DNA of 64,000 nucleotides from Helicobacteraceae bacterium (GTDB taxonomy: Bacteria; Campylobacterota; Campylobacteria; Campylobacterales; Sulfurimonadaceae). The DNA lies in contig JAMONY010000011.1 of the NCBI GenBank assembly GCA_027066325.1, forward strand, positions 55,384 to 119,383, in the 5' to 3' direction. Both the position numbers and the translations under genes were made by a program. The notes under the pieces were generated by a model. That model was not told the origin of the DNA. It saw only the letters and a program-made list of their open reading frames with translations, and ran no database searches. This document shows positions 1 to 9,076 of this stretch, one piece after another (positions within the stretch are counted from its first letter, which is position 1; the number at the start of each line of letters is the position of its first letter).

Positions 1-782
1 GATACATAGCTACTTATCATATCATCAACACTACTATCTTTGTCTGTCTGGAAAATATCTGATATATCTATAATCAACTCTTGATCAGCAGACCTGATAA
101 CATTTAGACCCACAAATGGTGCACGAAGCTTCTTGGCGATCTTAAAAGGCGTAGAGTTAAAAAGTGCATTTTTGCCTAGAAAGTCTATCTGGTATGAGTG
201 TTTTATATCTACTACTCTATCAACTGCCATGATAACTGCCTCTTTGCGCTTTATAGCCTCATTGATCTCAAGCATAGCTGCTATGCCATCTGCAAGATTG
301 ATCTTGTTGAGTCTGCTGTTTTGATACTTTTTAGCTTCGATATCTGTTATAGCCTCAGATGCTCTCTCATCTACAACAAGGTTGATTTTCATATCGAAGG
401 TATCAAAAATCTTAAAGCCTTGCATGTTGTTGCCAAAGTGGGAGATAAACACAAAGCCACCAACTTTACCGATATGTTGCATATGCTCTTTGTTGATTTG
501 AGTGCGCTTAGTCTGCTCTAAAAACCCATCTACATCACTTAGTATGCGATCAAATATGGTCAATGAAAATGCATAAACATGGCGCAAGTATGTCCAAAAA
601 GATGGCTTCAGCGAGATAAGTTCATAGTAAGTTTGCAATTTTGGTACAATTTTAGATCTACTAGATAGCGCATAAAACACAGAGACTGTAAATACAAATA
701 CTTTTACCGACCTATAGCCCGCAAGTTTGTATAACATAACAAGAGATTTGACCCCTATGCGACTCCCTTTGTAACTACTCAT
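1..782 (-). CDS. LpxL/HtrB-like (lipid A / lysophospholipid) acyltransferase family protein; the C-terminus runs off the window
   Basis: Absent from the ORF track because there is no stop in the window. My manual reverse-strand translation from the ATG at 782 reads MSSYKGSRIGVKSLVMLYKLAGYRS...GGFVFISHFGNNMQGF...EAVIMAVDR, and the frame stays open to position 1. It has an HFGN-type acyltransferase motif and lies 8 nt downstream of the 791-2008 gene on the same strand. Confidence 0.55.
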   Translation of the reverse strand, partial: MSSYKGSRIGVKSLVMLYKLAGYRSVKVFVFTVSVFYALSSRSKIVPKLQTYYELISLKPSFWTYLRHVYAFSLTIFDRILSDVDGFLEQTKRTQINKEHMQHIGKVGGFVFISHFGNNMQGFKIFDTFDMKINLVVDERASEAITDIEAKKYQNSRLNKINLADGIAAMLEINEAIKRKEAVIMAVDRVVDIKHSYQIDFLGKNALFNSTPFKIAKKLRAPFVGLNVIRSADQELIIDISDIFQTDKDSSVDDMISSYV

Positions 783-790
783 AGCTACGC

Positions 791-2008
791 TTATCTTCTT
801 AGTTGCTCTACTAGCAGATCTATAGAGCCTTGTGGATTTTTTACAAAGAGATTGCGTTCATCCCAGACATATCCGCTAAGTATAGAGACGATACTCTGCT
901 TGATCTTCTCGTTCTCATCTTTACTAAAGATAATCTCTTGTAGCTTACCATCATACCAGCTCTGCACAAATGCCCTAAAGACATTGATACCACGCATCAT
1001 ATACTCTTCATACTCTACTTTATAATCAACCTCTCTGCCCTCAAACTCATCCATGATAAGCTCAGCAGCTCTCTGACCAGAAGCTAGTGCTAGTGTAACT
1101 CCAGAAGAGAATACAGGGTCTAAAAATTCAGAAGCATTACCACTTAAAAGCCAGTTTTTACCTACCATACTCTTAACAGCAGCAGAAAAACCACCAATTG
1201 TTCCAACTTCATTGATCCGTTTTGATGAAGCATATCTTATGCCAGCCTTCTCATGATTGGCTACTATGTGGTCTAAAAATGCTTCTGGTTCTAGGTTGAA
1301 TGAGCGATAATACTCCTCACTACATACAACACCATAAGATGTGGTACCATCGCTAAATGGTATATTCCAAAGCCATGCTTCATTTTGACCATGTACCATT
1401 ACAAAGATATAGCCACTTGTTTCATCTTCTGGTCTCTTATCACTATCAACACGACAGAAGACTGCTCGTCTCATCTGAAGCGTTGATGGCTCTTCAAGAT
1501 TAAGCATTTTTGGCAACACTCTGCCATATCCAGATGCATCTAGTACTTTTCGTGCTCTATATTTTTGTATATTTGCATTTTCATCTTTAGTGGTGATGAT
1601 ATTCTCTATCTCATCATACTCTATAACTTCTGTTTTAAAGTGTACAGTTGCACCTTTGTTTCTAGCATCTTCTATGAGTAGTTGATCAAACTGTTCGCGT
1701 TTTACCTGATATGAGCTACCCCATTTTTGACCCAAGTTATTACAAAAATGTATAGGAACTTCTCTTCCATCAGGGTGTGTAAAGATCACACCACCTTTAA
1801 ACTCAAAACCGGCACTATCGATAGGATCTAGCATATTGGCATCTTCTAAAAACTGATTGCAAGCAGGTAGAAGAGACTCACCGATAACAAACCTTGGAAA
1901 CTCTAACTTCTCAGCCACTACAACGCTATAGCCTCTTTGAGTAAGAGTAGCAGCAGCTATAGCACCAGATGGTCCACCACCAATAATAAACAGATCACAC
2001 TCTATCAT
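791..2008 (-). CDS. FAD-dependent oxidoreductase, flavin-dependent halogenase-like
   Basis: 405 aa. N-terminal GxGxxG dinucleotide fold (IIGGGPSGAIAA) plus a WxWxIP motif (AWLWNIPF), which is typical of flavin-dependent halogenases. Confidence 0.7.
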   Translation of the reverse strand: MIECDLFIIGGGPSGAIAAATLTQRGYSVVVAEKLEFPRFVIGESLLPACNQFLEDANMLDPIDSAGFEFKGGVIFTHPDGREVPIHFCNNLGQKWGSSYQVKREQFDQLLIEDARNKGATVHFKTEVIEYDEIENIITTKDENANIQKYRARKVLDASGYGRVLPKMLNLEEPSTLQMRRAVFCRVDSDKRPEDETSGYIFVMVHGQNEAWLWNIPFSDGTTSYGVVCSEEYYRSFNLEPEAFLDHIVANHEKAGIRYASSKRINEVGTIGGFSAAVKSMVGKNWLLSGNASEFLDPVFSSGVTLALASGQRAAELIMDEFEGREVDYKVEYEEYMMRGINVFRAFVQSWYDGKLQEIIFSKDENEKIKQSIVSILSGYVWDERNLFVKNPQGSIDLLVEQLRR

Positions 2009-2120
2009 AACGACACCTTAATACATAGATTATTCGTATTGTATCTACAATATCCTAAATTTTAGAACTCTTTTAAAGCTAACTTGAGTTAAAATATCAA
2101 GTAAACATAGGAGTAGAGTC

Positions 2121-2792
2121 ATAGAAAAGTGCTGTATTATCATACCAGTTTACAACAACCCAAAAACTATCGATCAGGTTATTGGTGATGCTCATCAGAG
2201 CGCGGGCTGTGTGGTTGTTGTAGATGATGGATCTGATGTAGAGATTGAGTATCAACACGATAGAGTGCATCTACTTCGCCATAAAAACAATCTTGGCAAA
2301 GGTGAAGCGATACTAACTGGTGCCAAATATGCAGCCAAACTTGGATTTGACTCCTTTTTTGTTCTTGATGGTGATGCACAGCACTCTCCAGCTGATATTG
2401 GACAATTTGTAGCAGAAGATCGCTCTAATTCTATCATTATTGGTGCTAGAGAGTTTGGAAAAAATGTACCATTTTCATCTAAATTTGGTAGAGCCTTTAG
2501 CAATTTTTGGGTCTATGCAGAGACTGGTAGGAGACTACAAGATACACAATCTGGATTTCGCTCATACCCTATAAGTATACTAAAGCTAGATCTTAAAAAG
2601 AGAAGGTTTGACTTTGAGATAGAAGTGCTAGTCAAGCACCTTTGGAGCGGCAAGGATATCAAAGAGGTCAACATTAGTGTTCACTATCAGAGTAAGAGTG
2701 AAAGAGTAAGTCACTTCGATAAGTTTCGCGACAATCTGCGTCTAAGTACACTGCACGCCTCACTGCTACTTTTAAGACTTAAAAATAGATAA
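2121..2792 (+). CDS. Family 2 glycosyltransferase (small, about 223 aa); start codon non-canonical or unresolved
   Basis: The track ORF (2211-2792, GTG) begins inside the GT-A fold. The same frame is open from 2088 and encodes CCIIIPVYNNPKTIDQVI...VVVVDDGSDV, the canonical GT2 N-terminus with a DDG/DxD region. AGGAG at 2109-2113 is followed 7 nt later by ATA at 2121. Confidence 0.7.
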   Translation: MEKCCIIIPVYNNPKTIDQVIGDAHQSAGCVVVVDDGSDVEIEYQHDRVHLLRHKNNLGKGEAILTGAKYAAKLGFDSFFVLDGDAQHSPADIGQFVAEDRSNSIIIGAREFGKNVPFSSKFGRAFSNFWVYAETGRRLQDTQSGFRSYPISILKLDLKKRRFDFEIEVLVKHLWSGKDIKEVNISVHYQSKSERVSHFDKFRDNLRLSTLHASLLLLRLKNR

Positions 2793-2892
2793 CCTATCCG
2801 CCATATCTCACCCTATATTTTAGACTTAATTCAAAAAAATATGCTACTAACTGTATAATAGCACTAACAGATAGTTGTACGAGGTGATTATA

Positions 2893-3969
2893 ATGAGCTA
2901 TTTTGACATGCTTAGTGAGGCGATCTTTAAAGAAGATAAAGATGGAAATACCATATTTTATAAATGGGGCGTGATGGGACGCGGAGTTATTCTTGATACT
3001 AAAGAGCGTAAAGAGAAGATAGCTTCATTTGTATCTAAATATTATATTGTAACTTTTATCATGCTTTTTGTGATGCAGTCTCTAATCTTCTTTTTATATG
3101 CATATATATTTCAGATAATGATACTGTTTGTGGGCATAGCCATTATCATGACGCTGTGGTATCTGAAAAAAATAGATAGTTTAATACATGGTCTTGAGTA
3201 CTCTTTAGTACAACTGAGTATGGAAGATGGGTGGCAAAAGATAGCTCACAAAGTACCAAAGCAGATGATATGGGGCGGATTTATCATGATGCTTATACTT
3301 ATTGTATTTTCCATAGCTTCACTTATATACTTAGATAGCTCTGTTAGATGGGCGGGGATTATTTTGCTCATTGCTGGTATATTTGGTGCATACGCATACT
3401 ATAGGATGATTGCTCTTTCTAAGAATGAACAATCTGTACAACCTATTAGAGCAGTATCTGCAGACAAACCATCAGCAAAATCAATAGAGTGGAATTTTAA
3501 AAATATCTCTATTGTATCGTTGCTGTTAGTTGTAGTTGTGGGATCTGTCTACTATGTTTATGCGGACTCAAAAAGAAGTTTTGATGAGAGGATGGCAAAA
3601 TATAAACAAATGACTACACAGGAGATGGCGCTATATTTGGCAGATCTAAATGCCAAGGCAGAGCAGATTGACCCTATCACAAGACATGCTGGTGCAGAGG
3701 CAAAAGATAGTACGATCTACTTCTATAGAGAGCTACAATCAAATATATTGAGCGACTTGATTGTAGATGTGGATAATATCGATCATGAGAAGACAAAGAT
3801 GTCTAGACAGCTAAAAAGAGAGATGTGTGGTTCTGCAACATACGATCTTTTTTACGATAAAGGTGGTGAGTTGTTTTATGTTTATCATCAAGTAAAAAAC
3901 AGAAAAAAGATATTTTTATTTGATGTGAAAATAGATAAAGTGTTTTGTCTTGATAGTACGCCAAGATAA
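2893..3969 (+). CDS. Hypothetical polytopic membrane protein with a C-terminal soluble domain of about 125 aa
   Basis: Track ORF 2875-3969. The ATG at 2893 is preceded by GAGGTGA. About 5 hydrophobic helices. I recognise no family. Confidence 0.6.
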   Translation: MSYFDMLSEAIFKEDKDGNTIFYKWGVMGRGVILDTKERKEKIASFVSKYYIVTFIMLFVMQSLIFFLYAYIFQIMILFVGIAIIMTLWYLKKIDSLIHGLEYSLVQLSMEDGWQKIAHKVPKQMIWGGFIMMLILIVFSIASLIYLDSSVRWAGIILLIAGIFGAYAYYRMIALSKNEQSVQPIRAVSADKPSAKSIEWNFKNISIVSLLLVVVVGSVYYVYADSKRSFDERMAKYKQMTTQEMALYLADLNAKAEQIDPITRHAGAEAKDSTIYFYRELQSNILSDLIVDVDNIDHEKTKMSRQLKREMCGSATYDLFYDKGGELFYVYHQVKNRKKIFLFDVKIDKVFCLDSTPR

Positions 3970-4024
3970 GAGATTTTGTAAAGTATTAACATATAAAAAT
4001 TATATTTAAGGAGATGCGTAGTAG

Positions 4025-4624
4025 ATGAGACAGGTATTTGAGATTACAGATAGACAGATGATAGATCAAGTTTTAGACAGAGCGGAGTTTGGGACGCTTG
4101 CCATATGCCATGACAACAGACCATATAGCCTACCGATAAACTTTGTAAGAGTTGGGGATCTGCTATATTTTCATGGAGCTAAAAAGGGCAGAAAAATAGA
4201 GATCTTAAAGAGTAATTCATTAGCCTCATTTTCTGTTGTTGAGGCCTTCTCTATGATACAGTCATACTTTAGTTCAGACGATAACCTCGCGTGTCCTGCC
4301 ACTCAATTTTTTAAATCTATCATGATTGATGGTAGTATAACTTTTATTGAAGATAGTAATGAAAAAGCTTTGGCACTTCAGAAGCTTATGCAAAAACTAC
4401 AGCCTGAGGGACGATATAGACCACTACAAGAAGATAGCTATAAAAAAGCTATCAATGCTACTGCGGTATTTAGGCTAAATATAGAGACCATAAGAGCCAA
4501 ATTTAAATTTGGACAACATCTAGATAGAGATAGATTTGATATGATCATTAGACACTTAGAAGATAGAGCTCAAGGGGTTGATTTAGAGACTATTGAGCTT
4601 ATGAAGAGTCTGCATGTGGTATAG
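4025..4624 (+). CDS. Pyridoxamine 5'-phosphate oxidase family (Pyridox_ox_2 / Nim-like) flavin-binding protein
   Basis: 199 aa. N-terminal pattern DQVLDRAEFGTLAI..DNRPYSLPINFV..GDLLYFHGAKKGRK is typical of this family. AAGGAG lies upstream. Confidence 0.65.
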   Translation: MRQVFEITDRQMIDQVLDRAEFGTLAICHDNRPYSLPINFVRVGDLLYFHGAKKGRKIEILKSNSLASFSVVEAFSMIQSYFSSDDNLACPATQFFKSIMIDGSITFIEDSNEKALALQKLMQKLQPEGRYRPLQEDSYKKAINATAVFRLNIETIRAKFKFGQHLDRDRFDMIIRHLEDRAQGVDLETIELMKSLHVV

Positions 4625-4647
4625 ACTACAATAACAAAGGGGCACAA

Positions 4648-5403
4648 ATGGGTTTTGGTGATTTAGGTAAGAAGTATAGACTAGAAAGAAGTGGTATTGA
4701 GTATTCAGCAGTTAAGCCATTTTATGAAGTTATAGAGTCAATTGAGCTAACAGAAGATATCATTCAAGATGTTTTAGACATTGTTGAAAAAGAGTTTGAT
4801 AACCATGATGGAAATAATCCTGCTATAATCTTTGACATACTTAATACAATCAAGAAGTTTCCAGATAGTGAAAAACTATTTTTAAGGCAAATTTATTATC
4901 ATCTTTTGAGATTCTCAGTACTACCAAAAATAACAGACAGCAGATCTTTAGAGGTACTTAACTTGGCATATAGAGATATAAACAACAATTTAGACCGCAG
5001 ATATCCATACATCTCTTTAAGCAGATTGCAAGCGCTATTTCTTTTTGGTTATTATGATAATATTAAAATTGACAGCTCTTTAACGGTTGATATTGATCTG
5101 TTTAGACAGAGACTAAAAGTAGTTGGACAGTGTTGTAGATATACAAGTGTGCCTGGTATGTTGAAGAAGAGAGAGCAGTTTTCACCTTTTTCCGATAATG
5201 AAACTTCAGAAAGATTATATGTATTAATAACAAAAATACCACATAATGATGAAGAGCTAGACCTTTTGTTTTGGGGATATGTTTTTATTGTACTGTTAAA
5301 TACTAATACTAGCACTAAAATAATATCTTATTTTGAGAAGCTGCCAGATGCCAATCATACAAAAGAGAAGGAGATATTTAAAAGGTTTTTGGCTCTCTTG
5401 TGA
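4648..5403 (+). CDS. Hypothetical protein (251 aa)
   Basis: Long ORF, co-directional with and 23 nt after the previous gene. No motif recognised. Confidence 0.5.
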   Translation: MGFGDLGKKYRLERSGIEYSAVKPFYEVIESIELTEDIIQDVLDIVEKEFDNHDGNNPAIIFDILNTIKKFPDSEKLFLRQIYYHLLRFSVLPKITDSRSLEVLNLAYRDINNNLDRRYPYISLSRLQALFLFGYYDNIKIDSSLTVDIDLFRQRLKVVGQCCRYTSVPGMLKKREQFSPFSDNETSERLYVLITKIPHNDEELDLLFWGYVFIVLLNTNTSTKIISYFEKLPDANHTKEKEIFKRFLALL

Positions 5404-5408
5404 GCTTT

Positions 5409-5438
5409 CTCAATGCAGTAATCATACATTGAGTTTTT
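5409..5438 (+). terminator. Putative rho-independent terminator of the 2893-5403 operon
   Basis: CTCAATG (5409-5415), an 11-nt loop, CATTGAG (5427-5433), then TTTTT. Confidence 0.5.
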
Positions 5439-5460
5439 GAGGTAGTTTGCTCTTTTTGTC

Positions 5461-6042
5461 TTAATGCAATAGCTCACTAAAATCTGGAAAATTCTCCACC
5501 ATCTCCTCATAAGAGCCATACTTTTTCAAAGCTCTTACAACTTCCAAAAGTGGCTCAGTATAACGCTTGGCAAGGTCAAACTCATTGTCTTGAAGTGTGA
5601 AGGCTAATCTTTCTACAGGTGGGCTAAACTGTGCATCTACACCCTCTTTGTTGCCTCTTGCATCAACTCTGTACCATCCATGTTTTTTGAGATATATGGC
5701 GTTGAGACCATGTAGACAGTAAGTCTCTTCAATGTACTCACTACAAGAGAGGCGTTGGTAGCAGAAGGCTGTTGGTATGCTATTGGCTCTTAGAAGTGCA
5801 GCAAGTAAAATCGCCTTGGCATAGCACCAGCCTGTACCATGTTTTAAAACATCGCTCGCTTTGTAGGTTGTTATGCTAGCTTGAATATCACCACTATGTG
5901 TGATCTGATCTCTCACATACATAAAACAACGCTCTGCTATCTGCGTGTCATCATCACATCCACGAGCTAAGCTTGTCGCCAAAGCCAAAACTCTTTTGTT
6001 TGAGAAATCTACAAGCTCACTCTCTTTTAGATACTCTTGCAT
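5461..6042 (-). CDS. Transglutaminase-like (cysteine protease fold) domain protein
   Basis: 193 aa. GTGWCYAKAILLAALLRANSIP matches the transglutaminase-core Cys motif, with His and Asp candidates downstream. Confidence 0.65.
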   Translation of the reverse strand: MQEYLKESELVDFSNKRVLALATSLARGCDDDTQIAERCFMYVRDQITHSGDIQASITTYKASDVLKHGTGWCYAKAILLAALLRANSIPTAFCYQRLSCSEYIEETYCLHGLNAIYLKKHGWYRVDARGNKEGVDAQFSPPVERLAFTLQDNEFDLAKRYTEPLLEVVRALKKYGSYEEMVENFPDFSELLH

Positions 6043-6101
6043 AATTTTCTCCTAACAATATTTTAAATTATAACATAGTTTGACTAGAGTTGCGGGGTAG
6101 G

Positions 6102-7019
6102 TTAGGGTGAGTATTTGTTAATGATATTTAGTGCATTTTTATATATGGGCTCATCTATAAAGCCATGTTTTTCATGGGCTATGGAACCTTTTTTTTCAAA
6201 GATAGATACTATCTCCTTGGCTCTAGATAGACTGCTTTTATTTTGTAGGAAGTGTAGCTGTATCATTGTGGCTTGAGATGGGCTCAGTGCACCTTTGGCA
6301 TCAAAACCCATAGAGCGCTCTAGCTGTAGATACTCTCTAAATTCATACTCATTCTGGTACTCTTGGTAGACAAATGAGATAGGCTTAAGACCCATGGCTT
6401 TTGAGGTGATTAGAAAGTGTGAAAGTATATAGTGCAGGGTTGGACTCTGTGGCGTTAGTAGGGAGTGATCAAGACCTAAGTCTGCATATAGATCTAAAAT
6501 CCCAAGATAGAGAGCTTTTACTCTAGAATCTACTCTTAAAGAGCTTAAATTGAGCCAAGCAGAAGCGCTCTCTACACTTAGGTGAACCTCTATAGGTGAG
6601 GCTACAAGTTGAAGTGCATATTTGACATCTGAACTATCGGCAATCTTTGGTATGCGTATAGCATCTGGAGAGAAGTTGTTTAGTATCTCTATCTCTTCTG
6701 CTCCACCATCATCAAGAGCATTGACGCGAACTATCAGCTTTTTATCACATCTAGGTAGTTTTGAGAGTACAAAAGCACAGAGTCTAAGGGCCACACCTCT
6801 TCTCTCTTTAGCTACCCCGTCTTCTAAGTTTAAGACTATAGCATCAGCTTTAAGCTCGGGGATCTTAAGTAGATGATCTATATTGTCTGCGCTAACCATA
6901 AGTGTAGCCGTGTAGTCTTGAGTAGTGTTTAGTGTCCGCTTTGAGGCAAATAAGAATTGATCAAGAGCCTCAAGATCTATCTTATCCGCACTCTCTCTTA
7001 GTGCTCTTAGTTCTCGCAA
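6102..7019 (-). CDS. HpcH/HpaI aldolase / citrate lyase beta (CitE)-like lyase; start uncertain (TTG at 7019)
   Basis: 305 aa. ADAIVLNLEDGVAKERRG resembles the CitE/malyl-CoA lyase DLEDAV motif. Confidence 0.65.
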   Translation of the reverse strand: MRELRALRESADKIDLEALDQFLFASKRTLNTTQDYTATLMVSADNIDHLLKIPELKADAIVLNLEDGVAKERRGVALRLCAFVLSKLPRCDKKLIVRVNALDDGGAEEIEILNNFSPDAIRIPKIADSSDVKYALQLVASPIEVHLSVESASAWLNLSSLRVDSRVKALYLGILDLYADLGLDHSLLTPQSPTLHYILSHFLITSKAMGLKPISFVYQEYQNEYEFREYLQLERSMGFDAKGALSPSQATMIQLHFLQNKSSLSRAKEIVSIFEKKGSIAHEKHGFIDEPIYKNALNIINKYSP

Positions 7020-7025
7020 ATTAGC

Positions 7026-7352
7026 CTACTTATCTACTGGATGTAGGTAGAGATAGAGTGCTGCTATCTCCTCATCGGTTAAGAAATAGCGTGGCATACC
7101 TATCTTGCGACTCTTAAGAGCTTGTGCAAATTCGTCATACTCCACCATGTCTATGGCAGGTGCCGCATATATGCGCTCCTCATCTTTATGGGTATACTTG
7201 GCTATCACTCTGCCACCACCTAACTCGCCATGACATTTATGACACCCTATGCCTCTTGGATTGTGGTATAGCTGTGTTGCATACTCCTCAGCAGTTATAA
7301 AACTTCCATTAGCATGGAGCGATATAGATAAAAAAATCAACAAATAGAGCAA
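7026..7352 (-). CDS. Small periplasmic mono-haem c-type cytochrome
   Basis: 108 aa. Short signal peptide, CHKCH haem-binding site (CxxCH), and a distal Met candidate (GMPRY). TTG start. Confidence 0.75.
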   Translation of the reverse strand: MLYLLIFLSISLHANGSFITAEEYATQLYHNPRGIGCHKCHGELGGGRVIAKYTHKDEERIYAAPAIDMVEYDEFAQALKSRKIGMPRYFLTDEEIAALYLYLHPVDK

Positions 7353-7415
7353 AATAAAGCACCTTTTTAGAGAATTGGTAGTATATTATCGAAAATATAT
7401 TTATGGAAACCTATC

Positions 7416-8273
7416 ATGAAGCTATTAGATGGCAAAACTCTATCTCAAACCATAGAGAGTCAAGTTGCACAATCGGTCAAGAGACTTAAACAAGAGACAG
7501 GTAGAGTACCAGGTCTAGCAGTGATACTTGTAGGCAATGATGAGGCATCTCAAGCATATGTAGGCATGAAGAAGAGAGCGTGTGATCGTGTTGGATTCTA
7601 CTCTGTTACACATGAGATGCCATCTTCTATATCACAAGAGGCTATAGAGCAGACCATAGTGATGATGAATGAGAATCCAAACATAGATGGGATCTTGATT
7701 CAACTACCACTGCCTTCACATATAGATACAACAAGACTGCTAGAGTTAGTAGCACCTTCAAAAGATGTAGATGGATTTCACCCATTTAATGTTGGCAGGT
7801 TAAGCACAGCTCTTGATGGTTTTGTGCCGTGTACACCCCTTGGCATCATGGAGCTTTTGACCAAATACAACATAGATCTTTGTGGTAAGGAGTGTGTAGT
7901 TGTTGGGGCATCAAACATAGTTGGTAAGCCACTAGCCGCTCTTTTGCTCAACGCAGAGGCTACTGTAACCATTACTCATATACAGACACAAGATTTAGCA
8001 TCTCACACTAAAAATGCAGATATTTTATTGGTTGGTGTGGGTGTTATTGGGCTTATTAGTGAAGATATGGTAAAAGATGGGGCAGTTGTGGTCGACATAG
8101 GCATTAATCGTAATAGCGAGGGTAAGCTTGTAGGCGATGTCTGTTTTGAGTCAGTATCTCCTAAGTGTTCATACATCACGCCAGTGCCAGGAGGTGTTGG
8201 TCCTATGACTATTGCCATGCTACTCAAAAATACGCTCAAAGCAGCACAAATCCATGCACAAGAGGCAAAATGA
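7416..8273 (+). CDS. folD: Bifunctional methylenetetrahydrofolate dehydrogenase / methenyl-THF cyclohydrolase
   Basis: 285 aa. MKLLDGKTLS..., YVGMKKRAC, PVPGGVGPMTIAMLL. Confidence 0.95.
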   Translation: MKLLDGKTLSQTIESQVAQSVKRLKQETGRVPGLAVILVGNDEASQAYVGMKKRACDRVGFYSVTHEMPSSISQEAIEQTIVMMNENPNIDGILIQLPLPSHIDTTRLLELVAPSKDVDGFHPFNVGRLSTALDGFVPCTPLGIMELLTKYNIDLCGKECVVVGASNIVGKPLAALLLNAEATVTITHIQTQDLASHTKNADILLVGVGVIGLISEDMVKDGAVVVDIGINRNSEGKLVGDVCFESVSPKCSYITPVPGGVGPMTIAMLLKNTLKAAQIHAQEAK

Positions 8274-9076
8274 AGCAAAAACTCCTAGCTCTATATAGAT
8301 TTTCAAATAGTTGGCCTGGTACTATCATTATAGTACTATTTATCATATTTTTTATAGCTCAAGCCTTTCGCATACCAAGTGGTTCCATGAGAGACTCTTT
8401 GCTTGTTGGTGATCATCTTTTTGCTAAGAAGTTTGCCTACGGTATTCCTACTCCACATCTACCATTTTTAGAGATACCGCTTATACCTGGTACTGATGGT
8501 CACATATATGATGGAGATACGCCACAAAGAGGTGATATAGTGATTTTTCGCTATCCTCGTGACACTAAGATCCACTATGTAAAGCGGTGTGTAGCCATAG
8601 GTGGTGATGAGCTGTTTGTATTTGAAAAAGATCTGTATCTACACCACAAAGAGGGTGATGAGTATATCAAAAAGAGCTATACATTTACACATGAGCTGCG
8701 TGAGTTTGATGGTAAGCTCTGGGTTAAAAATCCGTACATGAAAGATCATGCTGGTATACACCATGATAGACATGTAGTAAATGATGGACGGTTTGCAGCT
8801 CCACTTTTTAACTTTGGACCCTATAGAGTACCAGAAGGTGAGTACTTTATGATGGGTGATAATCGCGATCACTCAAACGATAGCCGTTTTTGGGGTAGTG
8901 TACCTTATGGGCTTGTGGAAGGCACACCTTGGTTTATATATTTTAGTATTGATGATGATTGGCAGATACGGTGGGATAGAATGTTTAAAACTCCCACAGA
9001 CCTTGAGAGCGATGCGATCTTGCAGCGCGCCATAGATGCAAGAGAGGCGGAAGATTTAGATCATGGACTCTATTGA
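8270..9076 (+). CDS. lepB: Signal peptidase I
   Basis: The track ORF starts at 8165, inside folD. The ATG at 8270 overlaps the folD stop (ATGA). Motifs PSGSMRDSL, YVKRCVAIGGD and GDNRDHSNDSRFWG. Confidence 0.9.
   Translation: MKQKLLALYRFSNSWPGTIIIVLFIIFFIAQAFRIPSGSMRDSLLVGDHLFAKKFAYGIPTPHLPFLEIPLIPGTDGHIYDGDTPQRGDIVIFRYPRDTKIHYVKRCVAIGGDELFVFEKDLYLHHKEGDEYIKKSYTFTHELREFDGKLWVKNPYMKDHAGIHHDRHVVNDGRFAAPLFNFGPYRVPEGEYFMMGDNRDHSNDSRFWGSVPYGLVEGTPWFIYFSIDDDWQIRWDRMFKTPTDLESDAILQRAIDAREAEDLDHGLY

Noticed and set aside
133-521. Two plus-strand ORFs (63 and 107 aa) at the left edge.
   Set aside because: They lie antisense to a long, uninterrupted minus-strand frame with a recognisable acyltransferase sequence. 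Their low-complexity, Leu/Ser/Ile-rich composition is typical of shadow ORFs.
2179-2503. Minus-strand ORFs, including a His/Gln-rich 66-aa peptide (MHHHQEQKRSQ...).
   Set aside because: They are antisense to the GT2 coding frame, which has clear family motifs. The His/Gln run simply mirrors the VVVDDG/DGD codons.
8165-8269. Long N-terminal extensions suggested by the ORF track for lepB (8165), rpiB (9700), DJ-1 (55928), TonB-like (56546), hemL (55901) and pepN (23814).
   Set aside because: The extensions overlap upstream genes or lack family homology. Internal ATGs give canonical N-termini, often with stop/start overlaps.
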